Shown here: in pieces, positions 34,533-44,681 of the stretch
Position numbering within the stretch: the stretch's first letter is position 1
Layout of the letters: every line of letters begins with the position of its first letter
Position numbers and translations under genes: made by a program
Source: an uncultured Phycisphaerales bacterium
Lineage (GTDB): Bacteria > Planctomycetota > Phycisphaerae > Tepidisphaerales > Tepidisphaeraceae
DNA length: 64,000 nt
Reading direction: 5' to 3'
NCBI GenBank assembly: GCA_963844715.1
Contig: CAWJPJ010000004.1
Coordinates: forward strand, 32,001 to 96,000
The notes under the pieces: model-generated
What the model saw: only the letters and a program-made list of their open reading frames with translations
Database searches by the model: none
Told to the model about the DNA's origin: nothing

Positions 34533-35786
34533 GTGTCGACGCATCCGTCCCATTCGTCAGAAGATTCCGAGCGGCTCAATCTGCGCGAGCATGCGTGGCC
34601 GCTTTATAGAACGGCAAACGTGTGCGCGTTCGTGGGGCTGATCGCGGCGGTGGCGCTGGGATACCACGACAATGTGCACAGTGGCCACTGGAGCCGGTTC
34701 CTCTATGCCTATCTCGTCTCGTTTATGTTCTTCCTGGCGATCGCGCTGGGCGGGCTGGCTTTTGTGATGATTCAGCAACTCGTCCGCGCGGGATGGAGCG
34801 TGAACGTGCGGCGAATGGCGGAATGGCTGGCATCGTCCATCCCGGTCCTGGCGGTTTTGTCGGCACCGATTTTGCTTTCGGTCGTCTTCACCAAGGGCGA
34901 TCTCTATCGCTGGGCGGGCGGCACCGTTGAAGGGGAGCCGCTCGTCGGGTTCAAGCGATTCTATTTGCAGCCGTGGTTTTTCATTTTCCGGGTCATCATT
35001 TATTTCGTGGTCTGGTCGATCCTGGGGACATGGTTCTGGAAGCAATCGACGAAGCAGGATCAGACCAGGGATTGGACCCTGACCCGGCGCATGTCCGCCG
35101 TGGCGGCGCCGGGGATGGTGCTGTACGCGATCACCGTGACGCTGGCATCGTTTGATTTTCTGATGAGCCTCGATCCGCACTGGTCGAGCACGATATTCGG
35201 GGTCTATTTCTTCGGCGACTGCATGATTTCGGTTTTTTGCGTGATGTCGCTCACGGCGCTGTTCCTGCAATCGCGCGGGTTTCTGCGGCAGAGCATTACC
35301 GTCGAGCATTACCAGGACCTGGGCAAATATCTCTTCGCCTTCACATTCTTCTGGGGCTATATCGCGTATAGCCAGTACATGCTTCAGTGGTATGGGAACA
35401 TGCCCGAAGAAACCGGGTGGTGGCGTTTGCGCGGGGCGACGACGGTTACCGCCGACGTGAACGCCTGGTCGGGGATTGTGTTGGCGCTGCTGTTCGGACA
35501 TCTGCTGATTCCGTTCGCCGGTCTGCTCTCCCGGCACGTGAAGCGCAGCCGCAAGGGGCTGGCATTTTTCGCGGTGTGGCAGCTCTGCTTTGTCTGGGTG
35601 GACATGTTTTTCCTGGCGATGCCGGAATTCAACGGACGGTTTCATTTGAGCTTGATCGACGTGGCGGCGTTTTTAGGCATCGGCGGGGTGTTTGTCTCCG
35701 TCGTGCTTCGCAAGGCGGCGCATGACGCGCTGCGGCCGCTGGCGGATCCGCGATTGGCGGATTCCCTGGAGTTCCAGAATATTTGA
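34533..35786 (+). CDS. actF: Alternative complex III subunit F (membrane)
   Basis: AGWSVNVRR, FDFLMSLDPHWSSTIFG, DLGKYLFAF and YSQYMLQWYGNMPEET. Confidence 0.9.
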   Translation: MSTHPSHSSEDSERLNLREHAWPLYRTANVCAFVGLIAAVALGYHDNVHSGHWSRFLYAYLVSFMFFLAIALGGLAFVMIQQLVRAGWSVNVRRMAEWLASSIPVLAVLSAPILLSVVFTKGDLYRWAGGTVEGEPLVGFKRFYLQPWFFIFRVIIYFVVWSILGTWFWKQSTKQDQTRDWTLTRRMSAVAAPGMVLYAITVTLASFDFLMSLDPHWSSTIFGVYFFGDCMISVFCVMSLTALFLQSRGFLRQSITVEHYQDLGKYLFAFTFFWGYIAYSQYMLQWYGNMPEETGWWRLRGATTVTADVNAWSGIVLALLFGHLLIPFAGLLSRHVKRSRKGLAFFAVWQLCFVWVDMFFLAMPEFNGRFHLSLIDVAAFLGIGGVFVSVVLRKAAHDALRPLADPRLADSLEFQNI

Positions 35787-35796
35787 GGTAACGCTC

Positions 35797-36105
35797 GTGG
35801 CCTTCAAACAGGAAGTGAATGTTCCCCTGATCGTCACCATCGGCGTGATTTCGTGCATTCTCGTCGTCGTTTTGATCGTCGGCACGGAAGCCTGGTACGA
35901 CAGCGAGGCCCAGGCGGAATTCGATTACGAGGCCGGTCAATATCCCAATAACAGCTTGTTGAGTCTCAAAGCCGGGCAAATGGCGAACATCAATTCGTAT
36001 CATTGGGTCGATCAAAAGAAGGGGATCGTGGCGATCCCGGTTGAAGACGCAATTAAGGTCATGGTTCAAACGGGCGGACATCCGCCCAGCGTGGATAAGC
36101 AGTGA
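35797..36105 (+). CDS. Small single-TM protein, ActG-like
   Basis: TM helix then YHWVDQKKGIVAIPVEDAI; located between actF and sco. Confidence 0.65.
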   Translation: MAFKQEVNVPLIVTIGVISCILVVVLIVGTEAWYDSEAQAEFDYEAGQYPNNSLLSLKAGQMANINSYHWVDQKKGIVAIPVEDAIKVMVQTGGHPPSVDKQ

Positions 36106-36920
36106 TGCGGCGTGTGCTGACCATCCTGGTACTTGTGCTCTCGACTGCAATGTGGGCCCGCGCGGACGCCACGGGGCAATCCGTCGCGCCCCAGCAGTAT
36201 CGCAATGCCGGCGTCGATGAACATCCCAACGCCCAGGTTCCCACTGATCTGGTTTTTTATGACGAGCGCGGCCAGCAGGTCCAGCTTGGGAGCTATTTCC
36301 AGGTCGGGCGGCCGATCATCTTGCAGCTTGGATATTTCGATTGTCCGAAACTTTGCGATGTGATCTCCCGCGACCTGGTCGATACCATCAAGCAAATCGA
36401 TCTCGTCGGCGGGAAGGATTTCGTTTATCTCTTTGTCAGCATCAATCCGGCTGAGTCGCCGAATCTGGCGGCCGTGAAACGGGAGAGCTATCTCGAACAA
36501 TACGGAAAACCCGGGCAGGGGGACGGATTCCATTTCCTGGTCGGCGAGCCGAAGAATATCACGGCTCTCGCGGACGCTGTCGGGTTCCGCTACAACGAAG
36601 TGGACGTTCCGGGCGAATATGCCCACCCGGCGGTGCTGTTCGCCCTGACGCCGGACGGGAAAATCTCCCGATATCTGTATGGCGTCAGCGTTCCGCCGGA
36701 GACGCTGCGGCTCACGCTCGTCGAGGCTTCGCAGGGCAAGATCGGAACTTCATTCGATCGTCTGGCTTTGATGTTCTGCTGTTACGACATCAGCACGGGA
36801 AAATATTCGCTGATGGCGTTTCGCCTGATGCAGGTGGCGTCGGTGTTCACGGTTGCGATCCTGGGCGGGTCGATGCTCTGGATGTTCAGGCACGGCCCGC
36901 GCCGCAGGCCGGCCATTTAA
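36102..36920 (+). CDS. SCO1/SenC-family copper chaperone
   Basis: CPKLC and conserved His (YAHPA), GKISRYLYG, C-terminal TM helix. Confidence 0.9.
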   Translation: MMRRVLTILVLVLSTAMWARADATGQSVAPQQYRNAGVDEHPNAQVPTDLVFYDERGQQVQLGSYFQVGRPIILQLGYFDCPKLCDVISRDLVDTIKQIDLVGGKDFVYLFVSINPAESPNLAAVKRESYLEQYGKPGQGDGFHFLVGEPKNITALADAVGFRYNEVDVPGEYAHPAVLFALTPDGKISRYLYGVSVPPETLRLTLVEASQGKIGTSFDRLALMFCCYDISTGKYSLMAFRLMQVASVFTVAILGGSMLWMFRHGPRRRPAI

Positions 36921-36938
36921 GGGAAGAAAATAGCGATC

Positions 36939-37955
36939 ATGTTGTCGAGTTTGAACATTCTGGCGGATCAAGGCGGATCGTTCTGGATGCCCCCGTCGGC
37001 ATCCACCATTGCGCCCGACGTGGATTGGCTGTTCGATTTTATCATGGCGATCTGCGTCTTCTTCTTCATCCTGATCTTCGTTCTGCTCGTCGTCTTCGCC
37101 TGGAAATACCGCTATCGGGAGGGCGCCCCGGAAGATCGGGGGCCCAAGCACAACACGGCCCTGGAATTGACTTGGACTTTTATCCCCACCGTCATCGTCA
37201 TCGTGATCTTCTTCTACGGGTTCAAAGGGTTCGTTCAGATGGCGATCATCCCGCAGAACAATTACGAGATTGACGTGTCGGCGCGGATGTGGTCGTACAC
37301 GTTCCGCTATCCGACCGGCCACGTCGATAACGTCCTTCACATCCCGGCCGAGACGCCCGTCCAGCTTGTCTTGAACAGCGACGACGTCATCCACGGCTTT
37401 TACATCCCGGCCTTCCGCATCAAGAAGGACGACGTCCCGGGCCGCTACAACAGAATTTGGATCATTGCCGACAAGGTCGATATGGGTAAACCCCAGACCT
37501 ACGACATCTTTTGCACTCAGTTCTGCGGGCAGGGGCACTCGACGATGCGGTCTCACGTCGTCGTGCACAGTCCCGACGACTTCAACGCCTGGCTGAAGAC
37601 CGCCGACATCTTCGTCGGCACGCCCGCCGAGGCGGGCAAGCACATCTGGGAAACCCGCGGGTGTAACCAGTGCCATACCATCGACGGCTCCGCCGGCCGC
37701 GGGCCGACCTGGAAAGACGTCTTCGGCTCCGAGGTCGTCACCCAGAAAGACGGCACGCTGCTGGCCGACGAAAACTATATCCATACCGTCATCACGCAGC
37801 CGAATATCCATCCCCTGCCCGGATTCGACCCGATTATGCCGCCCACCCAGGGGCTTTTGACCGAAAAAGATGTGGACAACGTGATCGCGTTCCTTAAGAG
37901 TTTGAGCGTGCACTATCATCCGATCGTGCCGACGAGTGCACCCGGAAAGAAGTAG
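36939..37955 (+). CDS. coxB: Cytochrome c oxidase subunit II with fused cytochrome c (caa3 type)
   Basis: LELTWTFIP, DVIHGF, CuA motif CTQFCGQGHSTM and heme c motif CNQCH. Confidence 0.95.
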   Translation: MLSSLNILADQGGSFWMPPSASTIAPDVDWLFDFIMAICVFFFILIFVLLVVFAWKYRYREGAPEDRGPKHNTALELTWTFIPTVIVIVIFFYGFKGFVQMAIIPQNNYEIDVSARMWSYTFRYPTGHVDNVLHIPAETPVQLVLNSDDVIHGFYIPAFRIKKDDVPGRYNRIWIIADKVDMGKPQTYDIFCTQFCGQGHSTMRSHVVVHSPDDFNAWLKTADIFVGTPAEAGKHIWETRGCNQCHTIDGSAGRGPTWKDVFGSEVVTQKDGTLLADENYIHTVITQPNIHPLPGFDPIMPPTQGLLTEKDVDNVIAFLKSLSVHYHPIVPTSAPGKK

Positions 37956-38004
37956 TCTGGCGAAGCAGGCCAGGCAAGCAGTCTTGGCCGATTGGGAGTG
38001 TCGT

Positions 38005-39745
38005 ATGTCAGAAGATAATTATCTCACGCATCAGCGCGGGTTCATGAGCTGGGCCTTTTCGCTGGATCACAAGCGGATCGGCCTGATGTACATGGCGATG
38101 GTCATGAGCGCCTTTCTCCTCGGCGGGATTTTCGCGATCACCCTGCGCACGTTCCTCTGGAACAACGACGGGCGGATGTTCAATTTCTTCAAGGATCCGA
38201 ACCAGGGGATGTTGTTCTATAACAACATGTTCACGCCTCCACGGGGCGGTGATGGTGTTCATGTTCATGATCCCGGCGATTCCGGCGATCCTGGGAAATT
38301 TCGTACTGCCGATGATGCTGGGGGCGAAAGACGTCGCGTTTCCGCGTCTCAATCTGCTGAGCCTGTGGATTTATGCCACTGGGGCGTGTTTCTTCACTTA
38401 CGTCCTTCTTGGCGGCGTATTGCGGGCCGCGTTCGGCTGGCACATCCCCGGCGGCTTCGGTCTGGATACCGGATGGACTTTCTATACGCCCTACAGCACG
38501 GCCCACGCCGAAGACGGCGTCGATTCCCGCCACGCTCGGGGCATTCGTCCTCGGCTTCAGCTCGATTCTCACCGGCGTGAATTTCATCACCACGATCCAT
38601 ACGCTTCGCCCCAAGGGGATGACCTGGTTCCGAATGCCGCTCTGTTCCTCTGGGCGATGTACGCCACGAGCTCATTCAGATCCTCGCGACTCCCGTGCTG
38701 GCGATCACGCTTCTGCTGCTCGTCGCCGAGCGGACCATGCACATCGGCATCTTCGACCCTGCTGCTCGGCGGCGATCCCGTTCTCTATCAGCACTTTTTC
38801 TGGTTCTACTCCCACCCGGCCGTCTACATCATGATTCTGCCGGCGATGGGCGTCATCAGCGAAGTCATTCGCGATTCACAGCCGCAAGCATATCTTCGGG
38901 TACAACTTCATCGCCGCTCAGCTCGATCGCCTTGGCGCTGCTGGGCTTCCTGGTCTGGGGCCATCATCTCTTCGCCAGCGGGCAGAGCAATCTGGGCAAC
39001 TCAATCTTCAGCCTGCTCACCTTCAGCGTGGCGATTCCCTCGGCGGTCAAGGTCTTCAACTGGCTCGGGACGCTCTACAAAGGCTCGATCCGCTTCACTA
39101 CGCCGATGCTCGCCGCGATGGGGTTCATTCTGCTCTTCACCATCGGCGGGCTCACCGGCCTGTTCCTGGGCGCGCTGATGACGGACATCCCCCTGCACGA
39201 CACCTATTTCGTCGTCGCCCATTTCCATTATGTGATGATGGGCAGCATCGCTCTTCGCGTTCCTGGCCGGGATGTATCACTGGTTCCCCAAGATGTCCGG
39301 CAAGATGTACAACGAAAAGGTCGGCGCGGTTCGCGGCGATTCTCGTCTTCATCGGGTTTAACCTGACTTTCTTCCCGCAGTTCATCATGGGTTCGCACGG
39401 CAGCCCCGCCGCTGGGCGACTTACCCGATCGAATTCCAGCCTTACCACCGCATGTCGACCATCGGCGCGTACATCATGGCGACCGGGTTCTTCATGGTCG
39501 GATTCAACTGGTTTTTCGCCGTGCTCGTGGGGCCGCAAGGCCGCCGCCAATCCCTGGGGCGGAAATTCGCTGGAATGGCAGACGCCGTCCCCGCCGCCGT
39601 ACGACAACTTTGCCGTCCCCCCGTGGCGGACGATCCGTACAACCTCGGGCGCCTGGATATACGATCCGGCGATTGAAGGCTGGGTCAAAAAACCACAACC
39701 GTCCCAGCCCGTCCCTGGTCACCCACTAGGAAGCAGTACCCATGA
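38005..39745 (+). CDS. coxA: Cytochrome c oxidase subunit I, A2 type; multiple frameshifts; end approximate
   Basis: [40 protein letters not shown] and [12 protein letters not shown] distributed over several frames. Confidence 0.93.
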
Positions 39746-40659
39746 CTTCGGCAACCACGGCTGTACCGTCCGAATCCGAGGGCCATGCCCATCCGCCCTT
39801 CCTCGCGCATCACTTTGATACGCCCGAGCAGCAGTATTTCTCCGCCAAGCTCGGCATGTGGGTCTTCCTCGGCACGGAAATCCTCATGTTCGGCGGGCTC
39901 TTCTGCGCCTATTCCGTCTTCCGGCACAATCACCCGGCGGTGTTCGCCTTCGCGGCTGAGGCGTATCTCAATACGTCGCTGGGGGCTCTCAATACCGTCA
40001 TCCTCATCACCAGCAGCCTCACGATGGCGTGGGGCGTGCGGGCCGCGCAATTGAACCAGCGGAGAACGCTGATCGTCTGCCTGATCCTCACCCTGCTGGG
40101 GGCCGCCGGCTTCATGGTCGTCAAATCGATCGAATACAGCGCCAAGTGGAAGGAAGACGTTTGGATCGGGCAGTGGAACAAATACAACGCCGATTACCGC
40201 GGGGAAACCGGGGACCTGCCGGCTCAGGTTCAAAGCGGGGGTGCGCCCGTCACGGCTGCCGCGTCGTCTCCGACTTTTGACGCCAATACGCCGGCGGACG
40301 TGAGCAAAATTCAGCCTCGCTTTAGCGGGCCCACGGGCCTCGCCGGCCTGACCGCCGCCGCGCCGACTCGTGCGGAAGTCCGCGGCAACGACGAACTCAT
40401 CGACGCCCGCTACCGCGAACTCATCCCCAAGGACCAGTGGCGGGTCAGCACGTTCTTCAGCCTCTATTTCCTCATGACCGGCCTGCACGGCATCCACGTG
40501 CTGGTCGGGATGGCGCTGATCTCCTGGCTGCTGTACAGGTCCGTCCGGGGCGATTTCAGTTCGCAGTGGTATACGCCGGTCGATCTGATCGGGCTTTACT
40601 GGCACCTGGTCGACCTGATCTGGATTTTCCTCTTCCCCTTGCTCTACCTGATCCATTAA
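39742..40659 (+). CDS. coxC: Cytochrome c oxidase subunit III (with a long loop insertion)
   Basis: [35 protein letters not shown] and [17 protein letters not shown]. Confidence 0.93.
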   Translation: MTSATTAVPSESEGHAHPPFLAHHFDTPEQQYFSAKLGMWVFLGTEILMFGGLFCAYSVFRHNHPAVFAFAAEAYLNTSLGALNTVILITSSLTMAWGVRAAQLNQRRTLIVCLILTLLGAAGFMVVKSIEYSAKWKEDVWIGQWNKYNADYRGETGDLPAQVQSGGAPVTAAASSPTFDANTPADVSKIQPRFSGPTGLAGLTAAAPTRAEVRGNDELIDARYRELIPKDQWRVSTFFSLYFLMTGLHGIHVLVGMALISWLLYRSVRGDFSSQWYTPVDLIGLYWHLVDLIWIFLFPLLYLIH

Positions 40660-40744
40660 ATAGACGAGGAACCGAAATAGACGAGGAACCGACATAGACG
40701 AGGAACCGACATAGACGAGGAACCGACATAGACGAGGAAGCGAT
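40660..40744 (+). repeat. 17-bp tandem repeat, five copies, each containing an RBS-like GAGGA
   Basis: ATAGACGAGGAACCGA(A/C) x4 plus ATAGACGAGGAAGCGAT, directly before ATG 40746. Confidence 0.95.
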
Positions 40745-40745
40745 C

Positions 40746-41120
40746 ATGAGTTCAGAATCTCACGCCAGTGCCCATGCGAGCGGCTCCCACTCGGGCGACG
40801 CCCATCCGATCGGCCACGTCACCTCCGTGCGCCTGCTCCTGACGATCTATTTCATTCTGATCGTCTGCACCATCCTCACCTATTCGGTTTCCCGCATAGA
40901 CCTGGGCCAATTCAACATCTGGGCCGCCCTGGCTATCGCGGTGTTCAAGGCTTCGCTTGTCGTGCTTTATTTCATGCACCTTCGCTGGGATAGCCCGTTT
41001 AATGCGCTGGCCATCATCACCGCCCTGATTTTCGTGGGATTATTCATCGGCCTGGCGTTGCTGGACTCGATGTCGTATCAGCCGCTGCTGAAGTCGACGC
41101 CGACGGCGCTGGGGCCGTGA
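40746..41120 (+). CDS. coxD: Cytochrome c oxidase subunit IV family protein
   Basis: Three TM helices and IAVFKASLVVLYFMHLRW. Confidence 0.9.
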   Translation: MSSESHASAHASGSHSGDAHPIGHVTSVRLLLTIYFILIVCTILTYSVSRIDLGQFNIWAALAIAVFKASLVVLYFMHLRWDSPFNALAIITALIFVGLFIGLALLDSMSYQPLLKSTPTALGP

Positions 41121-41243
41121 ATCTCCCCGCTGGGGGCCCCGCAGGACGCGGCAAATGTCCCGCGCAGCGGAAATTGCGGCTACGTCTTTTTTCCCGGGTC
41201 CCCGCTGTGCGGGGGGATTGGGCTCCCGCGTGGCGGGGAAATC

Positions 41244-41846
41244 ATGATTTTGACCAAGAGTAACAACCAGTACGACACGCCGCGCTCGCGAAGCGCCAGG
41301 GCGATCGGCATCTGGCTGTTTCTGGCCTCGCTGACCATGCTGTTTATCGCGGGGATGGTTCTTTATGTGCTGCTGCGGTTGCACGTTTACGGGAATGCCG
41401 TGCCGGGGGCGATTCATTTGCCGGCGGCTTTGTGGGCGAGCACGGGTCTGCTGCTGGCCGCCAGCGCGGCGATTCACCGGGCGCTGGTGAACGTGCGGCG
41501 GGAGCGGATCGGGCGGTTTCAAACTTATCTGCTCGTCACGTGCGTGCTCGCGGTTGCGTTTGTGTGCGTGCAGGCGCCGAGCCTGGCGAAGATTCTTGCG
41601 GCTCATCGGGCCCAGAACCCCAATGGGTTTCGCATGTATGGGCTGGTGTTCTGTTTGATCGCGCTGCATGCGCTGCATGTCATTGGGGGGATGGTGGCGC
41701 TGGGGGTTGTGATGACCCGAGCGAAGCTCGGCAAATATGATCATGAGAACTTTTATGGGGTGAAGTATGCCGCGGTTTATTGGCATTTTTTGGATATTGT
41801 TTGGATTGTGATGTTTGCAACATTTCTTTTGACGAGCGGCAGTTAG
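41244..41846 (+). CDS. Second heme-copper oxidase subunit III-like protein
   Basis: GIWLFLASLTMLF, LHALHVIGG and YWHFLDIVW. Confidence 0.85.
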   Translation: MILTKSNNQYDTPRSRSARAIGIWLFLASLTMLFIAGMVLYVLLRLHVYGNAVPGAIHLPAALWASTGLLLAASAAIHRALVNVRRERIGRFQTYLLVTCVLAVAFVCVQAPSLAKILAAHRAQNPNGFRMYGLVFCLIALHALHVIGGMVALGVVMTRAKLGKYDHENFYGVKYAAVYWHFLDIVWIVMFATFLLTSGS

Positions 41847-42300
41847 AGTTGCCAGTTGCCAGTTGCCAGGGATTCTCCGAACATTCTGTTCGGAGGCCTG
41901 GGAAAGAAAAAAAGAAAATACATGTGAGAAAAAGGGCGGCCCTTCGACTTTGCTCAGGGGAGCGGGCGAAAGTCGAGTTGTGGGGATTTGTGGGGGAAGT
42001 TGTTGGGGGGATTGGGGTTGGGGCGTCTGTTTTATGTTTAATAAACAGTTGCCGGTTGGCCGCCGCGGCGGCCCTTCGGATCGTTGCCAGTTGCTAGAGG
42101 GGAGGAGATGGCTTTTTTCGGCTTGAAACGGCGATCGATTCTCATATTTAAGAAAATAGATATTGGTATAGCAAGAAACTTTTATTTTTTGTGCTGCTCG
42201 CAAGCCGTGGCGCGGCAGGGGCTTAAAAGCTCGTCTCGGGGAAATGAACATATGGATTTTTTTGAAAACCTTCAGGTTTGTCGCCCCGTAATAGGGGCGA

Positions 42301-42462
42301 GTGTGAAGGGGTGGAGGTGTGAAAGTGTGAAGGGGTGGAGGTGTGAAAGTGTGAAGGTGTGAAACGTGTGAAGGTGTGAAACGTGTGAAGGTGTGAAACG
42401 TGTGAAGGTGTGAAACGTGTGAAGGTGTGAAACGTGTGAAGGTGTGAAACGTGTGAAGGTGT
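42301..42462 (+). repeat. GTGTGAA-based tandem repeat (24 bp x2, then 17 bp x6 plus a partial copy)
   Basis: GTGTGAAGGGGTGGAGGTGTGAAA x2, then GTGTGAAGGTGTGAAAC x6. Confidence 0.95.
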
Positions 42463-42568
42463 ACTCCAAGCGTTCGCTTGGAGGCCTAAGAAAAATAGCT
42501 CTCCATGCGTTCGCTTGGAGTCCTGATGCAGAAGGGTCGCCGGTGCGGCGACGGAAAGGAAAGGCGTT

Positions 42569-43327
42569 ATGACACAGGAAGAGGAAGACGAAATCTTGGA
42601 GAAGGCGCGACATCCTCAGGGGCCGGAGGGGTATGGGGAGATGGGGCTGGATGTTTATTGGAAGATTTTGGAGACGATTCTTCCGCCGGGGAATTCGCTT
42701 TGGGGCGGATGGGCTGTGGATGCGGAAGCGGTGATCAAGGAACTTGGGGCTCGGGATGGGATCGAGAAGCTGATGCTGGATCAAATTCTCTGGCTGCATG
42801 GGAGACTGGCGCGGTTGACGCTGCTGTCTTGCAGGCGGAAGAAGCTGGAGGAGGCGGAGGGGTATCACGCCGCGGCCGATCGGCTGACGGATACGCTGCG
42901 GCGGCATATGGCGGCGTTTGCGAGCTATCGGTATCCGGAGAGAAAGCGGTTTGTGGCTGTGAATCGGGCGAATATTGCGGAGCAGCAGATTGTGATCGAC
43001 GGGCGCAATAAGCGCGGTCGACCGCGACTAGGCACTAGAAACTTGAAACTAGAAACTAGAGGGGGAATGGAGTTGCCCGTTCGACAGGCTCAGGGCGGGC
43101 CAGTTCGACAAGGTCAGGGCGGCCCTTCGGCTGGTTGCCCGTTGCCAGTGGGGGCATCGCGGAATTCCGAAGACTTGAAGCTAGAGGCTGGTCTAGATAC
43201 TAGAGGCTTGAAGCTTGAAGCTAGAAGGGGAGAGGAGTTGCCTCTTCGACGGTGCTCAGAGCAGGCCCCTTCGACAGGCTCAGGGCGGGGCGCGTCTGGA
43301 CGCCGGAGGCTAGAAGTTGGAAGCTAG
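42569..43327 (+). CDS. Hypothetical protein; first ~150 aa protein-like, remainder translated repeats
   Basis: ELGARDGIEKLMLDQILWLH...LRRHMAAFASYR...ANIAEQQIV helical domain; after ~43030 the ORF runs through CTAGAAA and TTCGACAGGCTCAGG repeats. Confidence 0.5.
   Translation: MTQEEEDEILEKARHPQGPEGYGEMGLDVYWKILETILPPGNSLWGGWAVDAEAVIKELGARDGIEKLMLDQILWLHGRLARLTLLSCRRKKLEEAEGYHAAADRLTDTLRRHMAAFASYRYPERKRFVAVNRANIAEQQIVIDGRNKRGRPRLGTRNLKLETRGGMELPVRQAQGGPVRQGQGGPSAGCPLPVGASRNSEDLKLEAGLDTRGLKLEARRGEELPLRRCSEQAPSTGSGRGASGRRRLEVGS
43035..43327. repeat. Mixed CTAGAAA/CTTGAAG heptamers and TTCGACAGGCTCAGGGC REP-like motifs
   Basis: TTCGAC(N)2-4GCTCAG-type copies at ~43080, 43104, 43245 and 43270, also at ~41943 and ~60152; heptamer runs at 43035-43060, 43172-43225 and 44624-44660. 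Confidence 0.75.
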
Positions 43328-43403
43328 GACGGGGAATTTTTGGGAAATCATTTTTTGGTTTTTGGGGGGGCGAGGCGTCGGTCTACCGGATTTGTAATAA
43401 CAG

Positions 43404-44175
43404 GTGCCTTACCCTGCATATCTGTCCCTAGATACAGCCACTTACTCGCTGGTGAACAACCCGGTGGCGAGTGCGCTGCACAAGAAACATGGGCATTTGC
43501 TAAGGGCAGGTATTCGCGACGGTGCAAAAGGCATAATAATTTGCGATGGTGGTTCGCGCTTTGATGCACGAGACTTTGCGCGGCTCGTGGTCGGTCGGCC
43601 TGCAGGACGTAGTGGAGAACTATTTGAGGAACTCTCCTTGGCTGGATTTCGTGTTGAGTTTGTCGGTCGTTTCAGAATATGGGTCGCTGCACACCGGCCG
43701 AAGGGAAAGTCACAAAGTTAGGCCCCAATTTTTCAGCTTAAGGAAAGACAAGAGGATTGAGGAAATAGGGGAAGCCACGCTCAGGATATTTTCCGAGTTG
43801 CCGGAGGCCGATGTCAGTCCTGAAAATGCGAGGGTTTGGTACGAGGATGGGCTTGGCCGAGATGGATTCAGGAGGAAGCCAATGAGTACGAGTTTCGATA
43901 AAAGTGGTCCTGAAAGAATCCGTGTTTCCGCAAGATGGCTGATGGAGATTTTGTCAGGGAAATTTCCAATTGACCAAGCGATGAAGCAGTATCAAATTCC
44001 GCCGGAAATTGCCCGCCGTCCGCAGCAGAATCCGTTTTCGTTAGCCCTAAATGCCGGGAAACTACCCAGGAGCATCCGACTAGTGCATGACGACAGTGCA
44101 GATGATGATGAAATTGAATTTGTTTTCGGGGATGTAGATGCGGCGATTGCAAAATTTGCTGTGCCCAAACGCTAA
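43404..44175 (+). CDS. Hypothetical lower-GC protein, probably frameshifted near 43550 and possibly 5'-truncated
   Basis: Overlapping ORFs 43404..43721 (KGIIICDGG) and 43546..44175 look protein-like; composition differs from the host genes. Confidence 0.45.
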
Positions 44176-44681
44176 GAGTGGAGCTTTGTGCGTTTTTTCG
44201 TTCAGGATAAATGAAGGTGACGCGAATCTAGACGCTAGAGACTGGGCTCTAGGGCCGCCTCGCACCGTCTCGGCGAAACTCGCCGACGGAAAGCAATGCC
44301 TCTCACCTAGCCACCGTGCCGGAACTGGCCTGAGGACGAGGATGTCCGAGCGGACGTGGGTTGGGACGGGGGGACCCGACGCATGGCGAGCTTCGCTAGA
44401 GGAGTAGAACAGTGGATCAGGTGAGCAGTAGATGGAGCGAGAGAAAGTCCCACGAAGCTAGAAACTGGAGGGGAGCTTGGCGGGAGACTCGCGGTGCGTT
44501 GCACCGCCGCTAAACAAAATCACAACGGATGGGCATCGGTTGGCTTTCGCAGAGGGAAATTATCCGGGGCAACAAGTTGGCCCGGCTTCGGGGGAGGGAC
44601 CCACGGCGGCGCCGTGGGCGTTAGCTAGAGGCAAGATACTAGAAACCAGAAACTAGAGGCTTGCAACTGGCAACTGGCAAC

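Noticed and set aside
38005..39745. coxA as a pseudogene or programmed multi-frameshift gene
   Set aside because: All metal-ligand motifs are intact and indels affect many unrelated genes, so sequencing error is the simpler explanation.
40660..40744. Possible mini-CRISPR or iteron array
   Set aside because: Units are directly abutting 17-mers with no spacers, and no rep gene is nearby.
42272..42907. ORFs translated through tandem repeats (also 45697..46486, 47155..47382, 52510..52893)
   Set aside because: Periodic peptides derived from non-coding repeats, with no RBS or family motifs.
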